The notes under the pieces were generated by a model. That model saw nothing but the letters and a program-made list of their open reading frames with translations, was not told the DNA's origin and did not search any database. This document shows positions 13,227-26,485 of a stretch of DNA of 64,000 nucleotides, piece by piece. Position numbers and translations under genes: made by a program. The stretch spans positions 87,544,001 through 87,608,000 of the forward strand of contig NC_086374.1 in the NCBI RefSeq assembly GCF_036588685.1. Reading direction: 5' to 3'. The number at the start of each line of letters is the position of its first letter. Within the stretch, counting starts at the first letter, position 1. The stretch is from Mytilus trossulus. Lineage: Eukaryota.

Positions 13227-13405
13227 ATATTACCTTAGCCATATTTGGCACAACTTTTTGGAATTTTGGATCCCCAATGCTCTCCAATTTTGTAATTGTT
13301 TCGCTTTATAGATATTTTGATATGAGCGTCACTGATGAGTCTTCTGATGTAGACGAAACGCGCGTCTGGCGTACTAAATTATAACCCTGGTACTTTTGAT
13401 AACTT
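13227..13405 (+). mobile_element. 5'-truncated hammerhead retrozyme copy (family 1)
   Basis: Reverse-complement match to the 356-bp unit at 47611-47966. It ends at CTGGTACTTTTGATAAC. Confidence 0.85.
13326..13372 (+). ncRNA. Type I hammerhead ribozyme, intact core
   Basis: Stem I GCGTCA/TGGCGT, CTGATGA, stem II GTCT/AGAC, GAAA, stem III C-GCGC-G, GTC cleavage triplet. Confidence 0.9.
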
Positions 13406-14962
13406 TTATGTAAATACAACATTAAGTAGTAATCCAAATTCGACAAGAAAAGAGGAAGGGATTGTGGTTACAACTATTGGAAAATATCCGTCGTCATGTG
13501 TGAAACAGATATTTCATAGTTGTCAAACAACTCAACGATTTCACCACATGGAACCATTGGTTAAAAAAACTCCCTTGTAAGCAAGAATTTTCTGTCAAGA
13601 AAAAAACCCAGTGTTAAGAATTTAAAGCTATGGAATATGGTTTAAACTGGTAGATTTATTCTCCATATGCAAGCATCAGATGTGCTTTATATCTAAACGT
13701 CGTAAAATTGACAATTAAAGTAAGCTGAGATTTCAAATTATTTTGACAAACTATATGATTTTAATTTCCGTTTTTGAACTTTCCATTTGTATTAAATAAC
13801 AATCTAAATAGCGCTGGAATATGGAAAATATATTTCTCTCATTTGACACAGTATTCCAGTACAATTCCCTTCATATTAGACATTTGGTGTTTGGAATATA
13901 AGAAAAGTAATTACTTCCTCTAATTTGTGTACTATTATTTGTCTGTTTGTCTGTTTGTCTTTTTCCTTTTTAGCCATGGAGTTGTCAGTTTAGTTTCGAT
14001 CTAAGAATTTGACTCTCCCTCTTTTTTAACACAATGGTTTTTGTTTGGGTTAGTGATGCTCAATATCAAGTTTATGTGTGTGGTTTTGTCAATTGCAATT
14101 TCATCAGGCGATGTTTAACTTAGATACGTTTTGCTGTTCGTCTCGGTATTCTCTTTGAATTGAAAATTCAGAAAAATGGGTTTAGTTCATGATTTGTTAA
14201 TTTAAAAGCATGGAACAGAGCATTCATTGGTCACGTTGTCTATTGCTATTGACAGTGCATGCGTAAATGAATGTCATAGACGCAAAGAGTCGACCGCTGG
14301 GAAATAGACAAAACATGTCTGCTTCCTTATTAAACCATCATTGATACAGTAAACATCTGACGAAGAATGAGTTATTTCTATTAGTTGTGTAAGCTCTGAG
14401 TAACCCTATGTTATTCAATTGTAAATTTGTATGCATAAAGACATATTAGCAATCAGTGATATTTATATCAAACAGTGCTGAGCTAAAATTACGATCGAGG
14501 AACATATAATTACTAAACCATATTTAAAAAAAGTTAAAAACAGGGGGTCTCTGATTCCCATTCGCTTTCCTTCCACTTACTTTCCTTTTTCTTCTTTTTT
14601 CCAAGATGTAAATCGACCATAGAAGGGTTTTTTTTAACATTTCTTCTTTTATCTCCCCCTCTTCTCCCGGTTCCAGTCTAATGAACACACCCCTTATCAC
14701 TATCAAACACTCTTAAACAAAACGAGCGCCTATTTCTTCGAACATGCCAGTTTATTCCGTTTTTGTTTTATTTTACCAAACTGAATTAGCTAGATAAATG
14801 GAAGAAGCGGTTTAGAAATTGACAACGAGGGTCGATTAAAACAAGTCTTTACTACAAAAGTGAAGATTTCAGCTGCCCAGTTGTACTAAACTGAACTCCC
14901 AGTAGATGTGATATTTCATAAATTACATTTGCTATCATGAATTTCTTGATAGACGGTTCCTG

Positions 14963-15064
14963 CTTACAGGGAAGCTATCTTACCAAGAGGTACCATCTTA
15001 CATGGAAGCTATCTTACCAAGAGGTACCAGCTTACCGGGAAGCTATCCTACCAAGAGATACCAC
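14963..15064. repeat. 34-bp tandem repeat, 3 copies
   Basis: CTTACAGGGAAGCTATCTTACCAAGAGGTACCA-like units start at 14963, 14997 and 15031. Confidence 0.9.
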
Positions 15065-15559
15065 AATACCGTTCTCCTTTTCTCCACTTGTCAGTCTGCA
15101 AATTAGGTGCGTTCGAAAGGTTTTTATGAAACAGATTAAATAAAAACGCTGTTCATTGCTACTACCTAAAGTTTTGTTTAATGACTTTTTGTATTTTAAA
15201 GCTTTACTTTTGTTATTAGTTTTATGTTCACCATTTATATTACTTCATACTCAGTGTACTCTTACAGTACAATCAAGTGGGAAAGCAGCTGGACATATTT
15301 TGATAGTATAATTTAGAGGATAACATATCGGAAACACTTTTAATCAAGTTTAAAGAAAATGTACATTTATAATGTAAACAGAAAAATAAATAAAACTCAA
15401 GACAGAACAATGGCGGAAATGAAACGAATGTCAAGTTCACAATAATACATCACAATAATACAACTGTCAGAAGAAAAAAATCTTCGTGTTGATTAAATTA
15501 AATACAGAAACATATGTATTTGCCTAAAAGCTTTTTAAACTTAACTTAAAGAAAACAAA

Positions 15560-16230
15560 ACGTTATTCTGAAATAACATTTATTATGTACGTTTACTTTT
15601 CAACATTAAAATGGTAGCACACGCCATATAGTTATTACTTGGGATTTCATAAGGCATATTTTGTTAATAGTGAACAAAAGGATAAAACATGCTACATAGA
15701 GGAACAAGTGATCAGTCTGCCGGAGTTTCTTATTGACAACATATTTATTGAATTTGGAGGTAGACTTTTTCAACAAATTGTCGGCATTCCTATGGGAACA
15801 AACTGTGCGCCTCTCTTTGTCGACCTCATCTTCTTTTCTTATGGATCGGAGTTTCTTCAGACAAAGAGGTCAGGTTATTTAATTTCACTTTCATATATAT
15901 TGATGATGTTCTTTCCATTAACAATCCAAACTCTTCTGATTGGGTTGCATTAATAAATCCCACAGAACCAGAACTTAAAAAGAGAAACAACAGACTCGGC
16001 TTCCTCCGCCTCATTGTCAGACCTATATCTCGAATTTGACACACACAGTCATCTCAATACCAAACGATTTTTACTTTGAAATTGTCAATTTCCTTCACCT
16101 TAGTAGCAATATACCAACTTCACCTGCACATGGGATATACATTTTTCAGCTTATTCGGTATTCAAGAGCTGGTAGCTCCTACTCAGACTTTGTAAAACGT
16201 TACCAGTGTCTATGCAGTGCGCTTTGATAC
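15560..16230 (+). mobile_element. Degenerate Penelope-like retroelement reverse-transcriptase fragment
   Basis: LIDNIFIEFGGRLFQQIVGIPMGTNCAPL, then frameshifted YIDDVLSINN, then IVNFLHLSSNIPTSPAHGIYIFQLIRYSRA. These are PLE RT and thumb motifs, with frameshifts. Confidence 0.85.
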
Positions 16231-16653
16231 ATTTGTTTGTTTTTAAAGAAAAAAAGACGATGACACAACTATTGACTGCTGTACCCCTGTTTGTGACATT
16301 TTTACCTATTGTTTGTGTTTGTTTTGTTAACACATTGTTGTCAATATAATGGACTTTTTTTAACGACTGTCATACAAGTGAGAGTATAAGCTAGCTATAA
16401 AACCTGGTTCAACCGACCATTTTCTACATGAGAAAGTGCCGGTATAAAGTCAGGAATATGACAGTTGTTATCCATTCGTTTGATTTGATTGAGATTTTGA
16501 TTTTGCCATTTGATTAGTTTGATTAAAGACCTTCCTTTTTTGAATATTCCTCGGAGCTATGTATGTGATTTTACTTTGTACACGGGTTGAAGAATAATTT
16601 TTTTTAATTGAAATATCAAAGAAATATCGAGAGGGAAAAAGCAAATACATAAA

Positions 16654-16993
16654 TAGTTATCAAAGGTACCAGGATTATAATTTTGTACGCCAGACGCGCG
16701 TTTCGTCTACATAAGACTCACCAGTGACGCTCATATCAAAATAGTTATAAAGCCAAACAAGTACAAAGTTGAAGAGCATTGAGGATTCAAAATTCCAAAA
16801 AGTCGTGCCAAATACGGCTAAGGTAATCTATGCCTGGAATAAGAAAATCCTTAGTTTTTTCAAAAATTTCAAAGTTTGGTAAACAGGAAATTTATTAAAA
16901 ATGACCACATTATTGATATTCATGTCAACACCGAAGTGTTGACTACTGGGCTGGTGATACCCTCGGGGACGAAATGTCCACTAGCAGTGGCAT
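16654..16993 (-). mobile_element. Near-monomer retrozyme copy (family 1) with a mutated hammerhead core
   Basis: Matches the 47611-47966 unit. The hammerhead at 16687-16730 reads CTGGTGA instead of CTGATGA on the minus strand. Confidence 0.85.
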
Positions 16994-17253
16994 AAAGTTT
17001 GTTCTAACTTTTGACATGTTCTATTATGAGGTGGACTCATGTTGGATGTCTTTGCTTAGAAATTTAAGTGACATTTTCTATAAAAGTATTTTAGAAAAAA
17101 CTGAAAGTAGATTAATGTGCAGTGAGCATTGTACGCGTTGTGTCTTGTAGAAATGCAGATCGTTTGTTAGAAACTAGTACCTACAAATTTAGCGAAAATA
17201 TATGAAGTGTAAATTTTTGTATTCAAAGAAATCCCGTACTAACGTTAACTTCA

Positions 17254-20200
17254 TTAAGGTTGATAAATTGTTTCATGAGGAGGCAATACTCCAGTATTAC
17301 ATATATCTTTCGTACAGCAGTATGAACATGTAAAATCAGACTTGTATAAAAAGTTCTCGTCGAAGTAAGTACACTGGTCATTATACTTTGTGTTGCCGGA
17401 TTTTGTTGCATCACAAGTTGCTTTACTTGCACACCTGTAATTGGAAATTTTTTTATATTCATGATTATAATACACAATACCTAATCCAACATTTGCGCAA
17501 ATGTGTGTTTTGTTAATTTACTTCATGAACAATATGAATAAATTAAGGCATCAGTAGTTTACCGCTGTTCAAAATTCACAAATCGATTGATTCTTAAAAA
17601 AAAAAAGAAAGAAAGTGTCCTTTTATTTCCCAAAACATTGCGTTGCATACGACATAAATAAATGATTGGTCAATAATGGTCAATTAGATGCTAACATAAT
17701 TTGAAATTTGGAGCGAGGAATGCCTTTCCCATAAGACAATAACAATCAAAACCAAGGAGTAAACAAAGACTCATAAAACCAAAAGACATTTACTTCGACA
17801 GTTACAAATAATAAATAAGACACAACACGAACTCCACTAAAAACCGGGAGTGAAATCAGGTGCTTCGGAAGAGTATAAGTTTGGAAGTCAGATGTCAATA
17901 GATATAGGACGATGTGGTGTGAGTGCCAAGACTATTTGGTATTTGAGAGTGAGAAATGGCTGTTCTATAAGTGTAAAACTCATCTGACATATACATATTG
18001 TGTCCGTAATTGGCATTTACAAATGTCTGTACCAGGTCAGGACTATTGCAATTTATCTAAAATGGTAATAATTCTTCCTGCAGAAGGTCCGATATTCTCT
18101 CCGGACACTATGGCTTCATCCAGTAGTGACGAATGGATAAAACCCCAAAAATCAATCAATCAATCAATCGGGATAATGGTGAGAAGACATTTTGTACATA
18201 ATGTATTTTTGTTCATATTGTGTTTATTTATCATGATCTATATGCCAGTTATATCGAATGCAATAATAACAAATTAAAAAAATACAAACTGCTTTTCTGT
18301 AATGTTCATTCCTTTGAAAAAAAGTTTGTATTTAAAAAAAAAACCAGTTTGCTACATTGCAGTAAATCTAACTATGCTATGACTACGCTTGAATGAGTAT
18401 ATTGAAATGTCCTACCCTTTAGTGGTCTCTCTGTATCCGTTATTGTAGTTAGTATAATGTGTGATACAGTATGGTGTAGAATCTGAACAGTCCTGTGATA
18501 CTTCTGGTGATGACGGTGATGGCTTAACTAAGCATTTAGCTGTTAAAATAAGGCGTTCACCATTTCAAATACTTTTAAAATGGAGAAAAACAACTCCAGC
18601 GACAATACAATATACACAATGTACATATACACTTTGACACATTCCCCATTTCCATTCTCAATTTTATGTATTTCTTAATTACTAGGGTTTGTGTTGCAGC
18701 CAAATAAATGGTTTATTGGAATAGACCACGATGTTTGGAGGAGCAGTCAATTGAAGTCGGGGTTATGAAGACGACTCACAGTTAATGGTTGCGCTTTTTT
18801 CATTTATGATTGTATCAGACCAGCTCAATTTAACTATTGCTGCTGTTTTCATTTATAAGGTATGCGTTTTTTTTTTATATCACTTATATTTCTCTTTTTA
18901 TTGCTGTAACTTTAGAATATCATTGGTTTCAACTGTGCAGATGTCATAGACTTCGAAAGACATATACAATTCTTACATGATTTTGGAATTAAAAAAAAAT
19001 AGATTTAATGCAACTAGCACGGCACTGAACATACCCAAACACTTCAATGAGACAGCATGAGCCATCTGAGTAAAATTGTGTTATGATAAACAATTATAAT
19101 GATACACCAATAACTGTTTTAAATCAAATGAAATACAATACATTCATACTTGTAGTTGTATTTATCGTTGTAGGTAAGGTCACGTGTCCTGTGTACATCG
19201 TCTCGTGCGGAGGAACAATTCTTCCATTACATTTGTCTTTGGTACAACAGTAATTACATTTAAAATCAGACTTGTAAAGTTGATCTTCGCTATATACATT
19301 ACACTGACCACTTGCTGTGTCTATTAAAGACGCCTGACACTCATAAGCGCTGGCACATCTGTAATTATAAGTAAAAGTAGAAATCTAGTCAAGAAGCACA
19401 CTATTCTACAAAACTCACTTGCTTTTAATATTTTAAAACGTTAAAACTTAAGGTTAACAAAATGTTACACGAACATAGTGAAATGTTGTTGCTATACTTT
19501 TTGGACCTTTTGGATTATAGCTCTTCATCTTTTATATAAGCTTTGGATATCAAATATTTTGGCCACGAACATCACTGAAGAGACATGTATTGTCGAAATG
19601 CGAATCTGATGCAAGAAAGTTGGTACCGTTAATTTTATTGTGAATGAAGTTTAAAAAAAAGCATTTTCTTAAAGATCTTGTCTTTTTGTAAGATTCATAA
19701 TATTTCTGTAAAAAGTCACCTGCTGATTACAACCACTGATATATGTTATGACTACATTCATCAGCAGTTTAAATCGTTGGACGCACTTCTAGCAACTGCA
19801 AAAATCTTATATATTGGACACCACATTGATGCATCATTTGATCTTGTTTGTTTTTTTTATCCCTGGTATACCATTTTCATAGTATAAAGTTTTTTTCAAT
19901 GATCTTTTCTGAGTCTATGGCTTATAAATTTGAAATGAGAGATTTTACCGCTAACAACAAGTTTAAAAGTGTATTGTGTGCATACCCTAAGCCAAGGACC
20001 TCCGAACTGCATTTATTTTTGGCGATTTTTGTATTGTTATTAGATGTTTAATTGTTTTCTGATTCAAAAAATGATAACTTTTCAGACTCGATGATATTTA
20101 CGGCTTTCCAAATCGCTTCGAACATATGTATAACAGTGCAGACTGTATGTAAACTTCGATTTAATTTGGTTATGTGTGTATTTTGTGTGTTATTGAATCA

Positions 20201-20678
20201 TTGACGTATTCATAAGACACATCTCCTGTTTTGCACAAAGATATATTTTTTGTAATTGTAAAACATTTGTGCACGTCAGGAATATGACATTTCTTGTCCG
20301 TTCGTTCATGATGTGTTTTGTCATTTGATTCTCCATGTGATTATGGACTTTCCGATTGGATTTTCCTCTGAGTTCAGTATTTTTGTGATTTTACTTTGTA
20401 TTAAAGTTAGCACTAAACACAAAACAAAAGATCCTGGTTTTTGAAAATGAATTGTACAGTATATGAAATAATGTCCCTACAATAAGGATTAATCAAGGAG
20501 AAAATTGTTTAAATCTTCGAAATTCCTTTTGACTTTATATAGCTTGAGACTTACCCTTTAGTTGTTTCCCTGTAGCCATTACCGTAGTTATGTAAATAAG
20601 TTACACAATATTGTGTGCTTCCAGAACAATTGGTAAGTTGGGCTGGCAATCCAGGCGAAAATTGACTAAAACATTCAG
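17254..20678 (-). CDS. Gene B (5' end not located): two tandem 10-Cys three-finger/LU-like domains
   Basis: Exons: 20678-20555 xECFSQFSPGLPAQLTNCSGSTQYCVTYLHNYGNGYRETTKG; 19358-19150 CASAYECQASLIDTASGQCNVYSEDQLYKSDFKCNYCCTKDKCNGRIVPPHETMYTGHVTLPTTINTTT; 18539-18416 TKCLVKPSPSSPEVSQDCSDSTPYCITHYTNYNNGYRETTKG; 17434-17254 CASKATCDATKSGNTKYNDQCTYFDENFLYKSDFTCSYCCTKDICNTGVLPPHETIYQP*. Phases are 1-2, 2-1, 1-2, and the internal duplication is clear. Confidence 0.85.
19569..19612 (+). ncRNA. Type I hammerhead ribozyme (second sequence family) in a short dispersed element at about 19495-19640
   Basis: Stem I CATCA/TGATG, CTGAAGA, stem II GACA/TGTC, GAAA, stem III T-GCGA-A, ATC triplet. Confidence 0.8.
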
Positions 20679-21769
20679 CTGTAAATAAATCATGCAAGGT
20701 ATATACAAGCATCAACATTTACTTGGCATGCAATCATTCTGAAAATCAATATCTATATTAGGGGAAGTGTATTATCGGTTACGTCCTTAAGAATTCTTGC
20801 ATTTCACCTACATACTTAAATATTATGATATACTTAACAAGATTGTCAAAGCCTGAAAACAAACTGTTGACAATGTAACCTTCTCATAGCTGCTATATTC
20901 TTCTATTTCCATACATTTAATATGAACTGTCCATTTCCGTCAGTGATGGTATTTTTAGATAGGTTCATAAGATAAAGTTGACAATTGAAACGTAAGAGAT
21001 AATTGTTACAATCTACACACTATTCCAATGTGTAAGTTGTAATTGTACAGGTACTTATTGATAAGGTCATATATAAGTACTAACAGAAAACTAGATGTTC
21101 CTTGTAGGCCAATTTAGGTCATAATAAATTAAGCAAAATTAAGCTTAATGAATTTCTAATGTAATCATAGACTAACAACATGTTTAACCTCGTCACACTA
21201 TCTTTGTTCTACTAGTGTATCATTGTTTTTTGACAATAATTGGTTTTCCTTTCATATAATAAGCCAGGCCATTATTTTTCTCTTTTGAATTGCCTTGTAT
21301 TATTTTATCCGGGGCCTTGTATAAGTTAACTTATCCAGTATTTCGTCGTCATTAATAAAGGCTGCTTGCCCGGTACTCTTTTTCGTCGTTTTGTAAATTC
21401 ATAAATGTCATCTTGCAAATCTAGGCATGCACATTTACATACATTAAAGGAATACGTTGTAGGGGAAGACAGATCAGTCCTACCAAAATAATCGACATTT
21501 TGACTACATTCAGTAGTTTATTATCAGTGCAGATCATAACGTAAATTATCATTTGAACCCATTGTTAACAAAATGAGTGTAATTTACGGCTCTTGAATTT
21601 ATACTTGGCACCGAAATTATTTTTACAACTAAACAAGATTCAAAAGGTAGCAGGACCAGTGTTTCGCACTGAGTGAACCTTAGGGCAATCCCCTATACAA
21701 TGTCAATAAGATTAAAAAAATGGAGATCTTGGAAATGACTCCGGTAACAAATGACTAACACAAATAGTT

Positions 21770-22935
21770 TAATGGTCAACATGCAGTCTACAATTATAGA
21801 CAGATATATATAGCAACCAAATGATATCCAAAAAAACATTGAGAGTTCAACAAACAGTCTACAACAATAAACACATATCTATAGCAACCAAATGACATAC
21901 ACAGATATTTATAGGTCCACATACAGTGTACAACAATAGAAACATATCTATAGCAACCACATGGCATACACAGATATTTATAGGTCCACATACAGTGTAC
22001 AACAATAGAAACATATCTATAGCAACCACATGGCATACACAGATATTTATAGGTCCACATACAGTCTACAACAATAGAAACATATCTATAGCAACCAAAT
22101 GACATTCAAAAATATTTTAGAATAATTAAAATAGAAGATGTGGTATGATTTCCAATAAGACCACTATCCACAAAAGACCAAACTGACACAGACATTAACA
22201 ACTATAGGTAACCGTACTGTCTTCAACAATGAACAAAGCCCATACCGCATAGTCAGCTATAAAAGGCCCCAATAAGACAATGTAAAACAATTCAAACGAG
22301 AAAACTAACGGCCAACATACGGACTCTAGAACTTAATTTTAATGTGCGAAATGTTATATGTTTACTTTTCTGCATTGGCTATAGGTAGAGGGGGAGGGTT
22401 GAGATCTCATAAACATGTTTAACCCCGCCGCATTTTAGCGCCTGTCCCAAGTCAGGAGCGTTGGCCTTTTTTAATCTTGTATTATTTTTAATTTTAGTTT
22501 TTTATGTACAATTTGGAGTTAAGTATGGCGTTTATTATCACTGAACTTGTATATATATTTGTTTAACGGCCAGCTGAAATGACGCTTCAGGGTGCGGGAA
22601 TTTCTCGCTGCATTGAAGACCTGTTGGTGACCTTCTGCTGTTGTCTGCTCTATGGTCAAGTTGTTGTCTCTTTGACACATTCCCAATTCCAATACTTAAT
22701 TTTCAGTATACAGTTTTCAACAATAGATACATATCTATAGCAACCAAAATGACATATAAAATTATTTAGAGGTCAACATAGAGTCTAAACATTAGATAAA
22801 TGTCTCTTGCAACCAAATGACATACACAGATATTTATAGGTCAACATACAGTCTACAACAACAGAAACATGTCTATAACATCAAAATGACGTACACATAT
22901 ATTCAGAAGTCAATACACAGTCTACAACAATAGCG
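21770..22935. repeat. 69-bp minisatellite array split by about 570 bp of dispersed-repeat insertions
   Basis: The unit ACAGTCTACAACAATAGAAACATATCTATAGCAACCAAATGACATACACAGATATTTATAGGTCCACAT occupies 21770-22120 and resumes at 22705-22935. Confidence 0.85.
22320..22703. mobile_element. Dispersed repeat family (SINE-like or retroelement tail); further copies at about 39360-39755, 40915-41050 and 55060-55230
   Basis: Shared GGGTGCGGGAATTTCTCGCTACATTGAAGACCTGTTGGTGACCTTCTGC...GTTGTTGTCTCTTTGACACATTCCC at several places. Confidence 0.8.
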
Positions 22936-23779
22936 AATGCTTATTCAATATATCAAGCTCTAAATCGTCCCTGGTCGTCTATATAATTTATAAAAAGGGT
23001 AAACAGAAGCAGTCTTATGACATACAAACACTTAATCTTTTAGAGGTGCATGAGTATTTTAAGAATTCGAATATAAAAAAATATACAATGAGGGACCATA
23101 TTTGTTGCATTTCTTTAAAATTCACTACGAATGATGTAAAAAAGTACAAAGGACTTTGAAAATCTGAAAAGGATCTGATGAGTAAATTATAGCTTTTTTA
23201 GGGTAATGTGTTCAACCAATTTCTCAGGTTAGAGGAGAGTTGAACTGGTATCAAGAATTTATAATGTGTGACATCATTTAATTTTACTGTTGAGTTACTT
23301 AAACAATTACGAATACCCTCTATGTTAAAAATGAATAAAATGACCTTGTAAGACACAAAGCAAGCATCAATCAACCAAGTCTCCTTCAAAGCAAATGTTT
23401 TAACGATAATATATTTTGATTGGAGTATTTATCTATTGAAAACAAACATCAAGTGAAAAGTTTCGATAATCCTATAACAAGAAAAAATCCTTTACCAATA
23501 AATAAATGAAAATAATAAGATAATTGAAGCTTCACTTAAAAAAATCATGCTTCGTGCACAAACAACTTGTTACAATAAAACACCCATGCAACCACGCATC
23601 CCATATTGCTGATAGGACCCGACACAAATAAATAATTTCGTGTTTCGGTAGTTAAGCTTGGGATTGTCATCTTAAGATGCATTGTTTGAACATAATCAAA
23701 TATGAAAATGATCCATGTTTATATTGATATATTTATATTTTAATTCTTTTTCAATATATCTAGTTATTATGACAGATCT

Positions 23780-25380
23780 ACCATCATCAGGGGTCCAACT
23801 GTCCATTTAATGCTAAAGTCTTTAACATTGATCTACTAAGCATATCTCCAATACTTTTATGTTTGCTATGCGCAACTATTGGTGCTGTATTGAATATTTG
23901 TACACAGTCTTTGTCGAAATGTAATAAATGCCAGTGTTTCATTATACGTTTCTTAATTTTACGTATATATGGATTATATTTAGTTATTAAAACTAACGGA
24001 ACACTTTGCTTCTCTTTGGATTTGTTTTGTTGTAATGAATTAGTATGGTCAATTGATAAAGCATCAGTAAAACTATCATCTATTTCAACGTTATCATAAC
24101 CCCTATCTAACAATTTCACTTTGAAATTAGTTAGATTGTTTATTAATTTGTTATGGTCACTTGTATTTAGAATTTGCCGTATTGCTTCACCTTTAGTAAA
24201 TCCGTGAGTGACAGCTATTTCTGTGCAGAAACAGATAAGCATTTGTTTCTTTAAAATGTATTTCGAGGTAATGAATGTCATATGTTGTAAAACTTTGACC
24301 TTTAATTATATCAACATCCAAGAACGACATTTTATCGTTTTTGATTTCATAGGTGAACTTTAATAAGGGGTTATAATCATTTGCTGGACGAAAAAAAACT
24401 ATAATTTCATCTGATGTTCCATCATATATTATGAATCCATCGTCTCCATATCTGCCATGATTGAATATTTTGTCTTTATATTAAAATGCAGAAATAATTT
24501 GAATCATTATTTCAAACATAAGTATGTCACAGATTTCCGGTGAAGGAACTGCACCAATTGCCGTACCTTTTATTTGTTTGTAAATTTTCCCATCAAATTC
24601 AAGTACATTGTGTTCTAAAATGATTCTCAACAAATGTATTAATACATTTACTGGCGAAGCATTGACCTTGAAGTTTGATTTGTCAAAACAGTCATATGCC
24701 TTGATCGTATAATGATTTAACATACTCAATGACTTGGATTTTCAGTTCTGTCATGTTAAATGAATCTAACTGGCAGTTTTTAAATATAGATAAATGTTTA
24801 AATATTAATAAATGCTCGTTGGACCATAAATCTCATGTATGTTGGTAAGCCTACCTGTTGTATTGTTGTACTGTTGTACTGTTTACTGCTTGGATATAAA
24901 CATGACTATTCATTACGAAGACATTATCAAGTAGATAAATGGATTTGGTATATACCAAAAGCGTGTATTGATATTGGTGGCTATCTCACAGTTAACAAAT
25001 GCGTTCACAAATTTGATTCCAAACTTTATACTTGGAGAGCACAGACACAAGTAAGTGTTCACCGTTCTTGTATCTGTTCAATCTGCTTACAGGATGGTTT
25101 GTTCAGGTACATGTACCACACGTGGAGCACGTTGATCAGTCTTTTTTTTATATTGTGTAAGTATTCCATTGTTTTTCTTTTGGTCTTTGCTTTATTTGCC
25201 ATGGCAATGTATTTTCGCATTTTTGACCATGGTATATCTTCTTTCAACTGAAGGTTGTTGTTTGGTCAAAAAAGGAAATCTAATATCTTTTCCTCAATCT
25301 TTAAACGTCTTATTCAAATTCAGAATCTAAAAAGGCAACATTCGTAAGAATGTTAATCGAAATGATTAAAACAACCTTTA
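23780..25380 (-). mobile_element. Degenerate Penelope-like retroelement (RT plus thumb; no GIY-YIG domain seen)
   Basis: EFDGKIYKQIKGTAIGAVPSPEICDI (24481-24729), HGRYGDDGFII (about 24430-24460), LLKFTYEI...SFLDV, FTKGEAIR...LLDRGY...PLVLITKYNP (23787-24281), with stops and frameshifts. Confidence 0.85.
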
Positions 25381-26485
25381 AATTCTCCCTCGCCCTGCTC
25401 GTCCGAATTTAAAGCATTTTATCTCTAATTCAATAGGCTATAAACAAGACAAACACAGATATAGGATTAGTTGCTCGCAGTAACATCTTATTTTCTCTTG
25501 CGATACAATATTTTATTTTACTGAATTGTACATATTTCTTCAATCGAAACATTATATAAACACATGACATATAACATTGTTCCTCTTTCGCATCGTTTCT
25601 TTTCCCCCGGCTAATGCCTCCAACGCCTGTACGTACAATAAACATAGCAGCAACTGCACATATACCTATGTGACCAACTTCAATCCGACGTAACTGCGAG
25701 CACCTTCGATACTAATACATTTAAATCCCAAACTTTATATAGTACCTTTAAACCCCACCCATAAAAACCGCCAAAACTTTCCTCGTGCCTCCTGCACCTA
25801 ACACCAAACTTATAAATAGTACATACTGTTACAAAACCAGTATCCGAACTAGTTACACTAGTTCCCATCTGTAAATATTAACTACAAATAGCAGTTCCCA
25901 TCTGTAAATATTAACTACAAATAGCAAACGGGAAAAACCCTATTTCAAACGAAATAAAATACATTTTTCTAGTACCAATAAACTATTATTTAAACAGTCT
26001 TGCAACGTTATAGCTAGGTTGTTGGAGTTTTTCATTAAAAATAAGAACTATTGAATATTTGATATTCTCAGTTTACTTATATCTGAGAATTGGAGCACGT
26101 TGATCAGTCTTTTTGTTTTTTTTATATTGTGTTAGTATACTATTGTTTTTCTTTTGGTCTTATCTTCATTTGCCATAGCAATGTATTTTCGTATTTTCGA
26201 CCATGTTTTATCTTCCTTCAACTGAAGATTGTTGTTTGATCAAGATAGAAAATCTAATATCTTTTTGTCCTTTTTTAAACATCTTATTCAAATTCAGAAA
26301 TTTAACAGGCAACATTCGATAGAATCATCTTCGAAATGATTTGAACAATAGTTACAACTTTTTCTAATTCCTATAAAGTATTATTCAGAATATTTAAACA
26401 TTATTGCAACGTTATAGCTAGGTTGTTGAGTTTTTTTAATGAAACATAAGAACTTTTTAATATTTGATATTCTCAGTTTACATTT
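25122..26485. repeat. Local diverged duplications flanking the Penelope-like element
   Basis: 25122-25375 resembles 26092-26345; 25985-26080 resembles 26392-26485; a 33-bp tandem duplicate lies at 25861-25926. Confidence 0.8.

Noticed and set aside
20834-21540. Candidate signal-peptide exons for gene B (minus strand MSIIL at about 21484-21498 and ALTILL at about 20834-20852)
   Set aside because: The phases could fit, but the exons are tiny, the donor is weak and there is no paralogue support. Transcript data are needed.
21794-22105. Cys/Tyr-rich 103-aa repeat ORF
   Set aside because: It is the translation of a 69-bp minisatellite whose array continues out of frame. There is no splice or expression support.
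23750-23800. Possible hammerhead at the end of the Penelope-like ORF (minus-strand CTGATGA plus a hairpin)
   Set aside because: There is no correctly placed GAAA box or stem I partner.
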